A DNA stretch of 64,000 nt from an uncultured Spirochaetaceae bacterium (GCA_964638895.1 CAZWYY010000001.1:28088-92087); one strand, 5' to 3'; positions 26,739 through 36,826 are shown, counted from the first letter of the stretch. Made by a program: numbers and translations. The notes: generated by a model not told the origin, from the sequence alone.

Positions 26739-29437
26739 TTAAAGCGCTGTATTTAATCGACGGTTATAACCTCATTTACCAGGCGTACTACGCCTTTAAA
26801 AACAGGCCGCTTTATACTCCGGACGGCAGAAACTCATCCGCGGTATTCGGATTCTTCCGCTTCTTTTTCGCCCTGACACGGGAACGCCATCCCTCTCACC
26901 TGGCGGTTATCCTGGATTCCAAGACCGAAAACTTTCGTCATAAGGAATACCCCGCGTATAAGGCCCAACGGGACGCCACGCCTGAGGAGCTTCATCTGCA
27001 GATAGACACGATTGAGGAAATCCTTACGGCACTGGAAATATCCGTGCTGCGCTGCGAAGGCTATGAGGCCGATGATATTATCGCCACCCTGGCCCTGGAG
27101 TGCGGAAAACAGGGGTTCCCCTGTTTTATCGTATCCAAGGACAAGGATATCCTGCAGGTTGTGGGAGACCGGGTGATGGTGCTGCGCCAGCAGAAAGGTC
27201 GGGGAATTTTTGAAGAATGGGGTAAGGAAGAGGTGTATGCCAAAATGGGGGTGTATCCCGGCCAGATAAGGGATTTTTTGGCCCTGACCGGTGACCAGTC
27301 CGATAACATTCCCGGCGTGCAGGGCATCGGTCCCAAATCCGCGCAGAAGCTGCTCGCACAGTTCGGAAGCTTTGACCGGATTTATGAGAAAATAGACGAG
27401 GTTACCCCGGAAACCCAGAGACGGAAATTGCTTGAGTCAAGGCAGCAGGCCGAGCTGAGCAGAAAACTGGTAACCCTGCACACGGACGTGCCCGTGGACA
27501 GGGATGTGGAACGTCTTGAGCTTGCCTCCCTCAATGTGGACGCGGCCATCCCACTTTTTGTCGAACAGGGCATGAAAACCCTTGTTCAGGAGCTGGGCGG
27601 GGATGCGGAACAGGTGTCCGAGCTTACCAGCACAAAACCGGAAACCTACACGACCGTCACCACCGAGACGGAACTGGATCAATGGGTCGGTGAGGCGGCA
27701 CGCGCGGGCATATTCGCTTTTGATGTTGAGACCGACAGCAAGAACGATATGCTGGCCGTACCCATAGGGTTTTCCCTCTGCCCCGCCTCCGGAAAGGCCT
27801 GTTATATTCCCGTCAAGGCGCATGATGTCACGGTGCTGCCCGCGGAAACGGTCAAGGCAAGGTTAAAGGAACTTCTAGAGAACCCGAAACACAAAGTAAT
27901 CGGACAAAACATCAAATACGATTACAAGGTGTTAACGCGCTGGGGGGTCACCATAGGGCAGGTGTTCTTTGATACCATGATCGCGGCCTGGGTGCTGGAA
28001 AGCGGAAGCATGAGCGCCTACGGTATCGATAAGCTTGCCGAGAAATACCTGGGCCACAACACCATCAAATACACGGATCTTATTGAAAAAAAGAGCGGGA
28101 AACTGCTGTCCGATATTGATATAAGCAGGGCGACCGATTATGCGGCAGAGGACGCGGATATCACCTACAGGCTGTACCTGTGTTTTACGGAGTTGTTGCA
28201 GCAGGCGGGATTGGAATCCGTTTTTTATACGGTTGAGATGCCGATTATACGGGTGTTGGCTGAAATGGAGTTGAAGGGAATCCGGATATTACCGCAAAAA
28301 CTGAAAAATTTAAGCAAACAGTATGAGGCCGACATGAGCGAACTGGAGCGGGAGGTGTATACCCTGTGCGGCAGGGAGTTTAACCTGAACTCCACCAAAC
28401 AGCTGCAGGAGGTCTTGTTTGCGGAGCGGAAACTGAAGCCGGTAAAAAAAACAAAGACGGGGTACTCCACCGATACCCAGGTGCTGGAGATACTGGCCGC
28501 CGGTACGGAGGACCCGGTGCCGCGCAAGATGCTGGAACACCGCTCCCTGGCCAAGCTAAAAAACACCTACCTGGACACCCTGCCCGGGTTGATCAACCCA
28601 CAGACGGGGAGGATTCATACCCAGTTCATCCAGACCGGAACATCAACCGGCCGGCTTTCCAGCAAGGACCCCAACCTGCAGAATATCCCCATCAGGGACG
28701 AGGAGGGCCGTAAAATCAGGGAGGCCTTTGTGCCGGCCGCGGGTTGTGTTTTTTTAAGCGCGGATTACTCCCAGATTGAGCTGGCCGTACTGGCCCACGT
28801 GGCCGACGACGCCCTGCTGATCCAGGCCTTTAACGAGGGCAGGGACGTGCATACCGAAACCGCCGCCATTATTTTCAATACAGGGCGCGAACAGGTAAGC
28901 CCCGAGCAGCGCAGGGTGGGAAAGACCATCAACTTCGGGGTGATATACGGCATGTCGTCATTCAGACTGGCCAGGGATCTGAAACTCAGTAAGAAGGACG
29001 CGGAGGATTTTATAAATTATTATTTTGCGAAATTCAGCGGCGTGCGCGCATATATAGATGAAACCGTCAAATCGGCCGAGCGGTCAGGGTATGTAAAAAC
29101 CCTTATGGGCAGAAGAAGGGAGATCCTTAATATCAACAGCAAGAACCGAATGGAGAAAATGGCCGCCCGACGCATAGCGGTAAACACCACGATCCAGGGC
29201 AGCGCCGCCGACATCGTCAAGTGCGCTATGCGTGATATCGCGGCTGAGCTTTCCCGGAACAGGCTGGAGACCTCCCTGATCCTCCAGGTTCATGATGAGC
29301 TTATCTTTGAGGTGCCGGAACCGGAATTTGCCCGGGTAGAGCCCCTGGTAAAGAATGTAATGGAGAACATAGTCAAACTCAAGGTCAGGCTCAAGGTGAA
29401 TATCGAAAAGGGTGAGAGCTGGGGAAACATACACTAA
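26735..29437 (+). CDS. polA: DNA polymerase I
   Basis: 5'-3' exonuclease N-terminus, 3'-5' exo motifs, polymerase motifs A/B/C (DYSQIELA, RRVGKTINFGVIYG, VHDEL). Confidence 0.95.
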   Translation: MIKALYLIDGYNLIYQAYYAFKNRPLYTPDGRNSSAVFGFFRFFFALTRERHPSHLAVILDSKTENFRHKEYPAYKAQRDATPEELHLQIDTIEEILTALEISVLRCEGYEADDIIATLALECGKQGFPCFIVSKDKDILQVVGDRVMVLRQQKGRGIFEEWGKEEVYAKMGVYPGQIRDFLALTGDQSDNIPGVQGIGPKSAQKLLAQFGSFDRIYEKIDEVTPETQRRKLLESRQQAELSRKLVTLHTDVPVDRDVERLELASLNVDAAIPLFVEQGMKTLVQELGGDAEQVSELTSTKPETYTTVTTETELDQWVGEAARAGIFAFDVETDSKNDMLAVPIGFSLCPASGKACYIPVKAHDVTVLPAETVKARLKELLENPKHKVIGQNIKYDYKVLTRWGVTIGQVFFDTMIAAWVLESGSMSAYGIDKLAEKYLGHNTIKYTDLIEKKSGKLLSDIDISRATDYAAEDADITYRLYLCFTELLQQAGLESVFYTVEMPIIRVLAEMELKGIRILPQKLKNLSKQYEADMSELEREVYTLCGREFNLNSTKQLQEVLFAERKLKPVKKTKTGYSTDTQVLEILAAGTEDPVPRKMLEHRSLAKLKNTYLDTLPGLINPQTGRIHTQFIQTGTSTGRLSSKDPNLQNIPIRDEEGRKIREAFVPAAGCVFLSADYSQIELAVLAHVADDALLIQAFNEGRDVHTETAAIIFNTGREQVSPEQRRVGKTINFGVIYGMSSFRLARDLKLSKKDAEDFINYYFAKFSGVRAYIDETVKSAERSGYVKTLMGRRREILNINSKNRMEKMAARRIAVNTTIQGSAADIVKCAMRDIAAELSRNRLETSLILQVHDELIFEVPEPEFARVEPLVKNVMENIVKLKVRLKVNIEKGESWGNIH

Positions 29438-29439
29438 CC

Positions 29440-30027
29440 ATGGTAATCGGTGTTACGGGGAAATATTGTGCGGGCAAAAACACGGTGGTAAAGATCCTTA
29501 AGACCTACAGCCTTCCGGAAATAGACGTGGATGCCGTGGGCCATGAGGTACTGGAGCAGGAAAAACAGGCTGTCGCTGCCGAGTTCGGCCCTTCGATTAT
29601 CGGCCCGGCGGGCAAGATCGATAGGCGCAGGCTGGGCGACATGGTATTTGCCCGCAAAAAGCATATGCGCCGCCTTGAGAAGATCCTGCATCCCCTGATG
29701 AAGGTCCGCATCCGGCGTTTTGTCGACGCCCATAAGGACGGATGTGTGATTAATGCGGCGCTGCTGTTTAAATTGGACCTTCATTCCCTGTGTGATTTTG
29801 TGATCATGGTGAAGGCCCGGTTTTTTACCCGCCTACGCAGGGCGGTACACAGGGACCGCCTGGGTTTCGGACGGGCGCTGCAAAGATTTTTTGCCCAGGG
29901 TCAAATCTTCCCTAAATTAACACGGCCGGCGGTCGATATTTATTATGTATACAATAACGGCGGCGTGGAAGGGCTTAAAAAAAGGATTGCCGGGCTTGTA
30001 GCGCAAAGGAATCGAACGGAAGGGTAA
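29440..30027 (+). CDS. coaE: dephospho-CoA kinase
   Basis: P-loop GVTGKYCAGKNTV at N-terminus, size 195 aa, directly after polA. Confidence 0.8.
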   Translation: MVIGVTGKYCAGKNTVVKILKTYSLPEIDVDAVGHEVLEQEKQAVAAEFGPSIIGPAGKIDRRRLGDMVFARKKHMRRLEKILHPLMKVRIRRFVDAHKDGCVINAALLFKLDLHSLCDFVIMVKARFFTRLRRAVHRDRLGFGRALQRFFAQGQIFPKLTRPAVDIYYVYNNGGVEGLKKRIAGLVAQRNRTEG

Positions 30028-30032
30028 AAGAA

Positions 30033-30713
30033 ATGGAAAATCAAAAAATAATCTGGATTATCCTGTCGGTTACGGTGGCTGCGATCATTGTTCTCTTGGG
30101 CGGGCTGGTGTTACTTAAGGATGAGAGACTGACCGTGCAAACCGAGGAGAGTGCGGGAATTAATAACCCCATGTCACGTATTAATGCGGAAAGTTACGCG
30201 TTTGATTATACGCGGGAGAACTACCCCCTAAGCGGACTGGAGCCGACCCTTGAGGAAGAGAATATAACCTCGGAAAAGGAGGTTATAGGGGAGGCGGAAG
30301 AAACCCACGTAAAAAAAGAGCCGGAAGGTACGGCCGGGGAGGCCAAGGAAGAAAAGGAAAAACCTAAGGTAACACAGCCCAAACCCCGCAATAAAAACGC
30401 CTCTTACGCGCCCGAAACCTCAGGTCAGCCCGCCAAAACCCGTACCGTGCTGGTAAAGGAATATTGGATCCAGGCCGGATCTTATCAGGACAGGAGCAAG
30501 GCGGAACTACTCAACGATACGCTGTCCGCGAAGGGGCTTCCCGGCAGGATACTGACAAAAGATGTGAACGGACAAACCTTTTTCCGGGTCCGTATAGGAC
30601 CTTACAGCATAAAAAAAGAGGCGGAAAAGTTTTTAACCTGGATTAAAGTCCTTAAAGGGATGGAAAACAGTTATATATCCGAGGTAGCGGTAAAAAGAAA
30701 AGCAGTCAATTAA
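30033..30713 (+). CDS. SPOR-domain protein with N-terminal TM anchor and low-complexity linker
   Basis: TM helix near N-terminus, E/K/P-rich linker, C-terminal SPOR-like segment (YWIQAGSYQDRSKAELLNDTLSAKGLPGRI...FFRVRIGPY). Confidence 0.7.
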   Translation: MENQKIIWIILSVTVAAIIVLLGGLVLLKDERLTVQTEESAGINNPMSRINAESYAFDYTRENYPLSGLEPTLEEENITSEKEVIGEAEETHVKKEPEGTAGEAKEEKEKPKVTQPKPRNKNASYAPETSGQPAKTRTVLVKEYWIQAGSYQDRSKAELLNDTLSAKGLPGRILTKDVNGQTFFRVRIGPYSIKKEAEKFLTWIKVLKGMENSYISEVAVKRKAVN

Positions 30714-30776
30714 CCAACAGTCAATCTGGCAAGCCGACATCAAATCCACTATAATAAAATCAACCTGGAGAATGAT

Positions 30777-32099
30777 ATGCACTCCCAATGGAACGAGGTT
30801 GAGTTAAAATTACATGAGGATGCCCTGGTGCTTCAGACCACGCTGGACATTCTGGCGCATGATAGCAGGAACCTTTTTGCCAATATTTTTGCCCTCCTGC
30901 CGGACCTGCCGGACAACAGTGTATCCAAGACACTGCATAAACATATAAGCGAGCTGTATAATCTTATTTCCGAGGCCCTGGGGTACATCAGTTTTGAGAA
31001 AAGGATATTTTCCCTTGTTGATATGATCGAATCCATTTCTCTTGATAAAAACCGGACACCATTGGTCTCGTACGACAGAATAGAGTTCAGCTACAGGTCG
31101 CGCAAGCTGTTTTTTATTGAAACCGGCCGTGTTTTCAAAAACGTGCTGTATAATGTCATTGAAAACGCCTTAAAGTACTCTGATGAAAAAAGCAAGGTAT
31201 TGATCCGCCTGGAACGCGCAGCCAAGGATATCCGCATAGCCGTAATGGATTCGGGTATGGGTATCCCGGACAAGGAGAAAGCAAGGATTTTTGAGCGGTC
31301 CTACCGGATCAAGTCCGTGAAAGGCATAGAGGGTTCCGGAAAAGGCCTGTGGATTGTGAAGAACATTGTAAATAAGGAGGGCGGCAGTATTTTGGTGGGG
31401 GACAACCCGGGCGGAGGAACCATCATGACCATTGCCGTACCAGCGTTTCATATGGACAGCTTAAGCGACGGTTTTCATAAGCTTGAGGAATGGTATGGGC
31501 TGTCACCCGAGGACATAGAAGAAAAAGCGAGGGTCATCGCGAAAATCCTGGAGATTGAGTTTCCTGATCTGGAGCAGGACATGGATTCCCTGGTATTTGC
31601 CAACCTTCTTGACCAACTGAGGGGGGAATGCACCAAACAGGAGACCGGCAGGGTATGGTTGAGGCTGAACGATTTTAAACTGAAGAATCCCCGCGGTACA
31701 TCCGTGTTGCTGGCGGATGATTCGCTTTATGTGCATTACAAGACCGCGCCCGCCCTGGTAAACGAAGGATTTTGTATTATCGGGTATGCCCTAAACGGAA
31801 GAGAGGCGGTAAGAAAGTTCGCGAAGCATAAACCGGAGATAGTGATTATAGACATCACTATGCCGGTGATGTCCGGAATCGAGGCGGCTAAAAAAATCGC
31901 CGGGCTCGAGCCTAAGGCAAAATTCGTATTCTCAACCGCGCTGGGAAATGACAAGCTCGTCCTGGATGAGCTGGAAGCCGTCTTCCCAGCCGGGAATTAC
32001 CGGGTTATCGTCAAACCCTTCAGGCCCGAAGAGCTGATATGTGTGCTTAATTCCTTTTCAGAAAAAGCCGCCACCGACGGCTACAGTAAACAAGTTTGA
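30777..32099 (+). CDS. cytoplasmic hybrid sensor histidine kinase (HisKA-HATPase-REC)
   Basis: H-box LAHDSRNLFANI, HATPase N/G boxes (NALKYSD, DSGMGI, GSGKGLWIV), C-terminal receiver (LLADDS..., IIDITMP). Confidence 0.8.
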   Translation: MHSQWNEVELKLHEDALVLQTTLDILAHDSRNLFANIFALLPDLPDNSVSKTLHKHISELYNLISEALGYISFEKRIFSLVDMIESISLDKNRTPLVSYDRIEFSYRSRKLFFIETGRVFKNVLYNVIENALKYSDEKSKVLIRLERAAKDIRIAVMDSGMGIPDKEKARIFERSYRIKSVKGIEGSGKGLWIVKNIVNKEGGSILVGDNPGGGTIMTIAVPAFHMDSLSDGFHKLEEWYGLSPEDIEEKARVIAKILEIEFPDLEQDMDSLVFANLLDQLRGECTKQETGRVWLRLNDFKLKNPRGTSVLLADDSLYVHYKTAPALVNEGFCIIGYALNGREAVRKFAKHKPEIVIIDITMPVMSGIEAAKKIAGLEPKAKFVFSTALGNDKLVLDELEAVFPAGNYRVIVKPFRPEELICVLNSFSEKAATDGYSKQV

Positions 32100-32120
32100 G
32101 TAGAGGTCGGCGGCTTTTTC
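32061..32120. terminator. bidirectional stem-loop between convergent HK and cobO genes
   Basis: GAAAAAGCCGCC ... GGCGGCTTTTTC 11-bp arms flanked by A5/T5, spanning both stop codons. Confidence 0.45.
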
Positions 32121-32645
32121 TCAGTAATCAATACCTTTGATGGCATCGCGTCCCTTCTCAAAGGGATGTTTCACCTGCCGGCATTCGGTCACCAGGTCGG
32201 CAGCCCGTATCAATGCCGGAGCGGCATCACGCCCGGTGATTATCAGATGCAGGTTTCGGGGTTTGCTTTTCAGCACCCGCAATACTTCATTTTCTTCAAC
32301 TAAGCCCAACAAAATAACATGGGTCAGCTCATCCAGCACAATCAGGTCGTACGCTCCCGACATTATTTTGGAGGCCGCAAACTCCAGGGCGGCCTGAGCC
32401 TGTTTCCGGTGTTTCAGCCTGCCTCGCTCCGAACGCACGAAGCCCAACCCCATGGTATGCAGTTCCACGGCGGGGAAGTTGTCCTTAAAAAAATTGTGCT
32501 CCCCGCTTACAAATCCCGGGTGTTTGATGAACTGAATAATGCATACCTTCAGACCCTGCCCCACGGCCCTCAAGGCGGTTCCCAAGGCGGCCGTTGTCTT
32601 GCCTTTGCCCCGGCCGGTGTAAACAATTGTGATTCCCGGTTCCAT
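32121..32645 (-). CDS. cobO: cob(I)yrinic acid a,c-diamide adenosyltransferase (CobO/BtuR family)
   Basis: P-loop-like YTGRGKGKTTAALG N-terminus, about 175 aa. Confidence 0.75.
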   Translation of the reverse strand: MEPGITIVYTGRGKGKTTAALGTALRAVGQGLKVCIIQFIKHPGFVSGEHNFFKDNFPAVELHTMGLGFVRSERGRLKHRKQAQAALEFAASKIMSGAYDLIVLDELTHVILLGLVEENEVLRVLKSKPRNLHLIITGRDAAPALIRAADLVTECRQVKHPFEKGRDAIKGIDY

Positions 32646-32646
32646 A

Positions 32647-34173
32647 TTACGGTAAAGCCGCGCTCTTACGGAGTGCCAGGTCAGAAGGGGAAAGCAGCAG
32701 TACCCTTCCCCGTTTTGCCTGGGCGTAAAGCGATGTTCCCGATAAAATAAGCGGGGTCAACGGATTGACCTCCTCTTCCGATGCATTGAGCAGTTTCAGG
32801 TTGCGGTCGAACTTTCCGACATAAAAGGAGTCGCCCATCCGTACCACTGCATATACATTATTCGTACTAATGAGTATGATGCTCCTGCCGAATACCTGTT
32901 CGCCGCTTTTAACCACCGGTTTTAGAGAAACAGGATCAAGCTGCACCAGATAGTTACGGCCGTCCGCCCCCGGTTCGGCCACCACAAGGACGCCGTCCGC
33001 AAAGGTATAATATCTTCGTTCCTTGATATTGAGATGTTCCGAGCGGGCCAGCACACTGTCGCTTCCGAAGTCCAGCAGTACCAGTTCACCTTTGGTGTCT
33101 TCCGCACCCGGGGTAAGCTGTAAAAACAGGGCCTTGCCTGATGCCGCGTCGGGTATGGTCGTACCGGTCTCCCGTTCCAGGCCCTTTTTCTCCGCGGGCA
33201 GGCTGCGTTCGTCCGTCACAATATCCTCACGTGTTTTTTTCACGGTCTCCTGCTTCTTCTTTACCTCCTCTTCCCTCCCCGCGATCTCCTCTTCCCGTTT
33301 ATTAATCTCGCCCTCACGTTTTTTGATTTCCGCCTCTTTTTCCGCTATCTGGTCGTCGGTGAGGATGCCGTTCTTTTTATCCTGCTCAAGCTGCCGCTTG
33401 TCCTCTTCCAGCTTTTGTTTGTCCTCCTCGAGTGTGGTTTTATCTTTGGTCAGGTCCTTCTCGGCCTTTTCCAATTCTTTTTCCTGAATCTCAACCATAT
33501 CCTTCCTATCTTCAATACCCTTGTCCTCGCGTTTTTTCAGATCTTGGATGACCTTTTCGCCGGTAAGCTCGGTTGTGTCCGGGGAGCCCCCGTTTCCTTT
33601 TTGGATTTCGTCGCTTAACGGGATAAGGGCCTTGGTTTTACCCGGCCATTCATTGTAGGCTACGGCCAGTCCCGCGTCGGAGGCGGAGATGTGTTTCAGC
33701 ACAAGCGCCTTGTAGCGTTCGCGGAAATAGGCCATATCTCCCCGGAAGGTGGCATTATAGTAGGTAATGAACTTGGCGATTGTCAGGGCGTCATCGTAAG
33801 AATACCCATAGGCTTTTTCCAAAAACCCCGCCAGGATTATCCTCAGGTTTTTAACATTGTCCAGAAACGCTCCCGGTTCGATTACAAAAATGTCCGCGTC
33901 CAGTTTCCCGGAAGAATCGGCCGGATCATAAGCGTGAATGATGGAGTACAATCCGTTGAAGGTGGCGCGTGAATATGCTCCGGTGATGCTGCCGCCCAGG
34001 TGAATACCGATGTTTCGGATTTCCTCCAGGGTATAGTAATAGAGGTACGGGCCGGAGTAGCCCACGAAATTTATTTCCCGGCCTTTGGTGATCTCGCTGC
34101 GATCGACCTTGAGATCGCACCAGGAGTACAGGGCCAGGAAAAACATCGCATATATGACTATAAATTTTTTCAT
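32647..34173 (-). CDS. secreted protein with central highly charged coiled-coil (E/K repeats)
   Basis: signal peptide MKKFIVIYAMFFLALYSW; about 150-aa E/K-rich heptad region; globular N- and C-terminal domains; no recognised family. Confidence 0.6.
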   Translation of the reverse strand: MKKFIVIYAMFFLALYSWCDLKVDRSEITKGREINFVGYSGPYLYYYTLEEIRNIGIHLGGSITGAYSRATFNGLYSIIHAYDPADSSGKLDADIFVIEPGAFLDNVKNLRIILAGFLEKAYGYSYDDALTIAKFITYYNATFRGDMAYFRERYKALVLKHISASDAGLAVAYNEWPGKTKALIPLSDEIQKGNGGSPDTTELTGEKVIQDLKKREDKGIEDRKDMVEIQEKELEKAEKDLTKDKTTLEEDKQKLEEDKRQLEQDKKNGILTDDQIAEKEAEIKKREGEINKREEEIAGREEEVKKKQETVKKTREDIVTDERSLPAEKKGLERETGTTIPDAASGKALFLQLTPGAEDTKGELVLLDFGSDSVLARSEHLNIKERRYYTFADGVLVVAEPGADGRNYLVQLDPVSLKPVVKSGEQVFGRSIILISTNNVYAVVRMGDSFYVGKFDRNLKLLNASEEEVNPLTPLILSGTSLYAQAKRGRVLLLSPSDLALRKSAALP

Positions 34174-34189
34174 ACTTCACTCTCCTTCG

Positions 34190-35899
34190 TTATTGTATGG
34201 CCTGCAAAGCGGCCGTGGCCTGTTGTTTTACATTATCCAGATAGTCTCCCCCGGCAACAGCCAGGAGCGTCCGTATGCCCTCGGCCGGCAGGTTTCCGTG
34301 ATAACGGTAAATTTTTACCAATGCGGTGATTCCTGCACGGGCCACGCTGTTGGCCGAGGTGTCTTGTCCGGGTGAACGCAGCAGGGATGATATTTCGTGA
34401 ACCGCGTCACCCTGAGGGTCACTCTGCAGTATGCCAAGACAGCGAATGGCAGCTGCTTTCATGCCCGCATCACCCTCGTCCCTGACCAGTCTTAACAGCA
34501 GGTCACGCGCATAAAATCCCCCGATTAATGTATACAATTCACAGGCCTGTGCCCTGATTTTCGAATACCCGTCGGCAGGATAGCTGTACACTTTGTTTCG
34601 CTCCAACATGCCTCCCCCCGCCACCAGGCCCAGAAGGTAAAAAAGATATATGCCGTCTTCCCTCAGGAAAAAATGATCATATCTGTATCGAATTTCCGCA
34701 AGCCCCTTTTCCATGAGTTCGGGATTGTTGGACAGCAGCAGTCCTTTGAAGTACAGGAAATCGGGGTTTTTCCCGTACCGTTCGTTTATGGAAGCTGTCG
34801 CGGTCAAACGGGAGGAACTGCCCGTATGCAGAGAATCATGACGGTACTGGGGCCAGGCGCTGTCCGCCGGAGCTTCGGCCTTGAAGGCATATACGGACCA
34901 GTCGTCCGATCCAGCATATAAAACGCCCTGTGGGCAGAGAACAGGATGGGTGAGTTTCCCCCTGGCCGGAAGGGACCAGAGAACCGCGCCGCCCGACGAG
35001 ACCGCGTACAGGTAATTGTCATCCGCGGAAACATACGCCGTACCGCTTCCGCCAAGCGCGCACGACCCGGTGACGCTTCTGCCCAGGCGTATGGTCCATT
35101 CCAATTCGCCCTTCCCGCTGGCGCGGCATAAACCACCCCGGCCCAGGCCCGCATAGATATTCCCGTCATCATCCAGAACCGGGGCGCTGAGCCCGGAGTC
35201 AAAGGACAGTTCCCACAGTATGTGACCGTCGGCCCTGATGGAATAGAGCAGGCCCAGGTCCGTTCCCACCACGAGGGTCCCGTCGGCTGCAATGGCCGGG
35301 GTACGGGGGTTGCCCCGTAGTTCAATGTTCCACTTTTCGCGCCCCCAGGGGGACAGGGCCGATAACCGTCCACGGTCAAGAGGAACATAGATCGTGCCTT
35401 CGGCGTCCGTTACCGGGCTGTCTGCGGGCGGCTGGTCAAGTGTCAGTTTCCAGCGCAAAAAACCGGTATGCGAAATTGAGAACAACTCGCCCTGCTGGGT
35501 AAGGAACATCACCGTACCGTCCCGCTGCATGGCCGGGGAGTATGCTATTTCATTCTTTGCGTCGTAGCGCCAGATAGGGATGCCGCGCGGGTTAACGGCC
35601 AGGATGATCCCTTTTTTTAATCCAACATATAGGGTCCCGTCATATCCGGCGGCAAAGCAATCACTTACGCGTTCTTCAAGGTCAAGCCTCCACAGCTGTT
35701 TGCCCTCCCTGTTCAGGGCATAAAGGTAGCGATCCTCTGAAACGCAATAGACCACTCCATTATAACCCACCGCGGGAAAGGAACGGATTCGCCCCCCGGT
35801 AATGAAGCGCCATAGCCGTTCTCCCTGCGGAACAAGAATGGACGCGCCCAAGAGTGAGATAAGGCAGAGGATGCACAATAGCGTCAGGGCCTTTTTCAT
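34190..35899 (-). CDS. secreted PQQ-like beta-propeller repeat protein with C-terminal HEAT/ARM-like repeats
   Basis: signal peptide; more than 8 repeats of the DGT/DGN.Y.G PQQ/BamB-like pattern; C-terminal helical repeats. Confidence 0.65.
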   Translation of the reverse strand: MKKALTLLCILCLISLLGASILVPQGERLWRFITGGRIRSFPAVGYNGVVYCVSEDRYLYALNREGKQLWRLDLEERVSDCFAAGYDGTLYVGLKKGIILAVNPRGIPIWRYDAKNEIAYSPAMQRDGTVMFLTQQGELFSISHTGFLRWKLTLDQPPADSPVTDAEGTIYVPLDRGRLSALSPWGREKWNIELRGNPRTPAIAADGTLVVGTDLGLLYSIRADGHILWELSFDSGLSAPVLDDDGNIYAGLGRGGLCRASGKGELEWTIRLGRSVTGSCALGGSGTAYVSADDNYLYAVSSGGAVLWSLPARGKLTHPVLCPQGVLYAGSDDWSVYAFKAEAPADSAWPQYRHDSLHTGSSSRLTATASINERYGKNPDFLYFKGLLLSNNPELMEKGLAEIRYRYDHFFLREDGIYLFYLLGLVAGGGMLERNKVYSYPADGYSKIRAQACELYTLIGGFYARDLLLRLVRDEGDAGMKAAAIRCLGILQSDPQGDAVHEISSLLRSPGQDTSANSVARAGITALVKIYRYHGNLPAEGIRTLLAVAGGDYLDNVKQQATAALQAIQ

Positions 35900-36034
35900 A
35901 TCAGTAATAATTGTACCATGTTTTTAAAATATGGCAAATATTTCAGGCAGCAATTCATTTTGAACATTTTCATTTTAAAATCGCTGTATTTCAGGGATTA
36001 ATGTTGGTTTCGGGCAAAAGAAGAGCTATAGAAT

Positions 36035-36064
36035 AAAAAAGGGCTGCCGCCGGGGCAACCCTTT
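36035..36064 (-). terminator. rho-independent terminator of ferredoxin gene
   Basis: minus-strand hairpin GGGTTGCC-CCGGC-GGCAGCCC followed by TTTTTTA, 5 nt after stop codon. Confidence 0.6.
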
Positions 36065-36067
36065 CCC

Positions 36068-36253
36068 TTATTCGATAATTATGGCTTCGGCCGGACAATC
36101 GTCGGCAGCTTCCTGAACCGCGGCTTCCTGATCTCCGGAAACATTGGCTTTTATTACCTCAGCCACGTCATCACCCATGGTGAATACTTCCGGGAGGCTG
36201 TCCGTACACAGGGCGCACCCCGTGCATAAATCGGCATCTATTCTTACCTTCAT
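36068..36253 (-). CDS. small single-cluster ferredoxin
   Basis: 61 aa, CTGCALC ... DCP cysteine pattern; RBS AAGGAG 8 nt upstream of ATG 36253 (the ORF-track upstream extension has no RBS). Confidence 0.7.
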   Translation of the reverse strand: MKVRIDADLCTGCALCTDSLPEVFTMGDDVAEVIKANVSGDQEAAVQEAADDCPAEAIIIE

Positions 36254-36315
36254 GCGGTACTCCTTGTTAAAGTGGTATAGGGCTAAAGTAATAGAAAAAC
36301 ACAAGTTATGCAAGT

Positions 36316-36436
36316 AAAAAACCACCTGCCTTGCAGGTGCTTTTTGAGGGAGCACCCCAAAGTGGTGCTGGGGAGGAGAAAAAGCCGCCACTTTGTTTAA
36401 TAAAGACAAAGCCCACTACCAAAGGGCGGCTTTTTC
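36316..36436. ncRNA. candidate small RNA or leader attenuator: two A-tract/hairpin/T-tract structures plus an intervening hairpin
   Basis: hairpin A CACCTGC-cttg-CAGGTG (36323-36340) flanked by A6 and T5; hairpin B AGCACC/GGTGCT; hairpin C 11-bp bulged stem GCCGCCaCTTTG/CAAAGGGCGGC with 24-nt loop flanked by A5 and T5. Confidence 0.35.
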
Positions 36437-36585
36437 ATAAGTAAAAACATTGTATGTTTTTTGCGTTTAAACGGCGGAAGGCCCGCACCTCTTGTATAAA
36501 AAATAGCAAAAGGGAGTTGACATAATTAAAAATATAGCTATCTTTGCATAAGGAACTTTTTTACAAAGAATAAGGGGGTATGTGA

Positions 36586-36819
36586 ATGATTGCACTTATT
36601 ATTGGTTTAATCTTTATTGCCGTGGCAGTATGGACCGTGTTACCTGCGAATATACTTTATGGCCAGGACTGGTGGCTGTTTGTCCTGAGCTTTCTTAAAG
36701 GCGGGGCACCCATCCTCGCTCTCTTAATAGGAATTATTGCTTTTTTTATCGGGATAGCTGATATCAAAGACAAGATTGAAGCAAAAAAAGAAGAGAAAAG
36801 CGCAGCCAAGGAAGAATAA
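36586..36819 (+). CDS. small two-TM membrane protein with lysine/glutamate-rich tail
   Basis: 77 aa, two hydrophobic helices, RBS AAGGGGG 6 nt upstream; promoter-like TTGACATAATTA at 36517. Confidence 0.5.
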   Translation: MIALIIGLIFIAVAVWTVLPANILYGQDWWLFVLSFLKGGAPILALLIGIIAFFIGIADIKDKIEAKKEEKSAAKEE

Positions 36820-36826
36820 AAACAGC

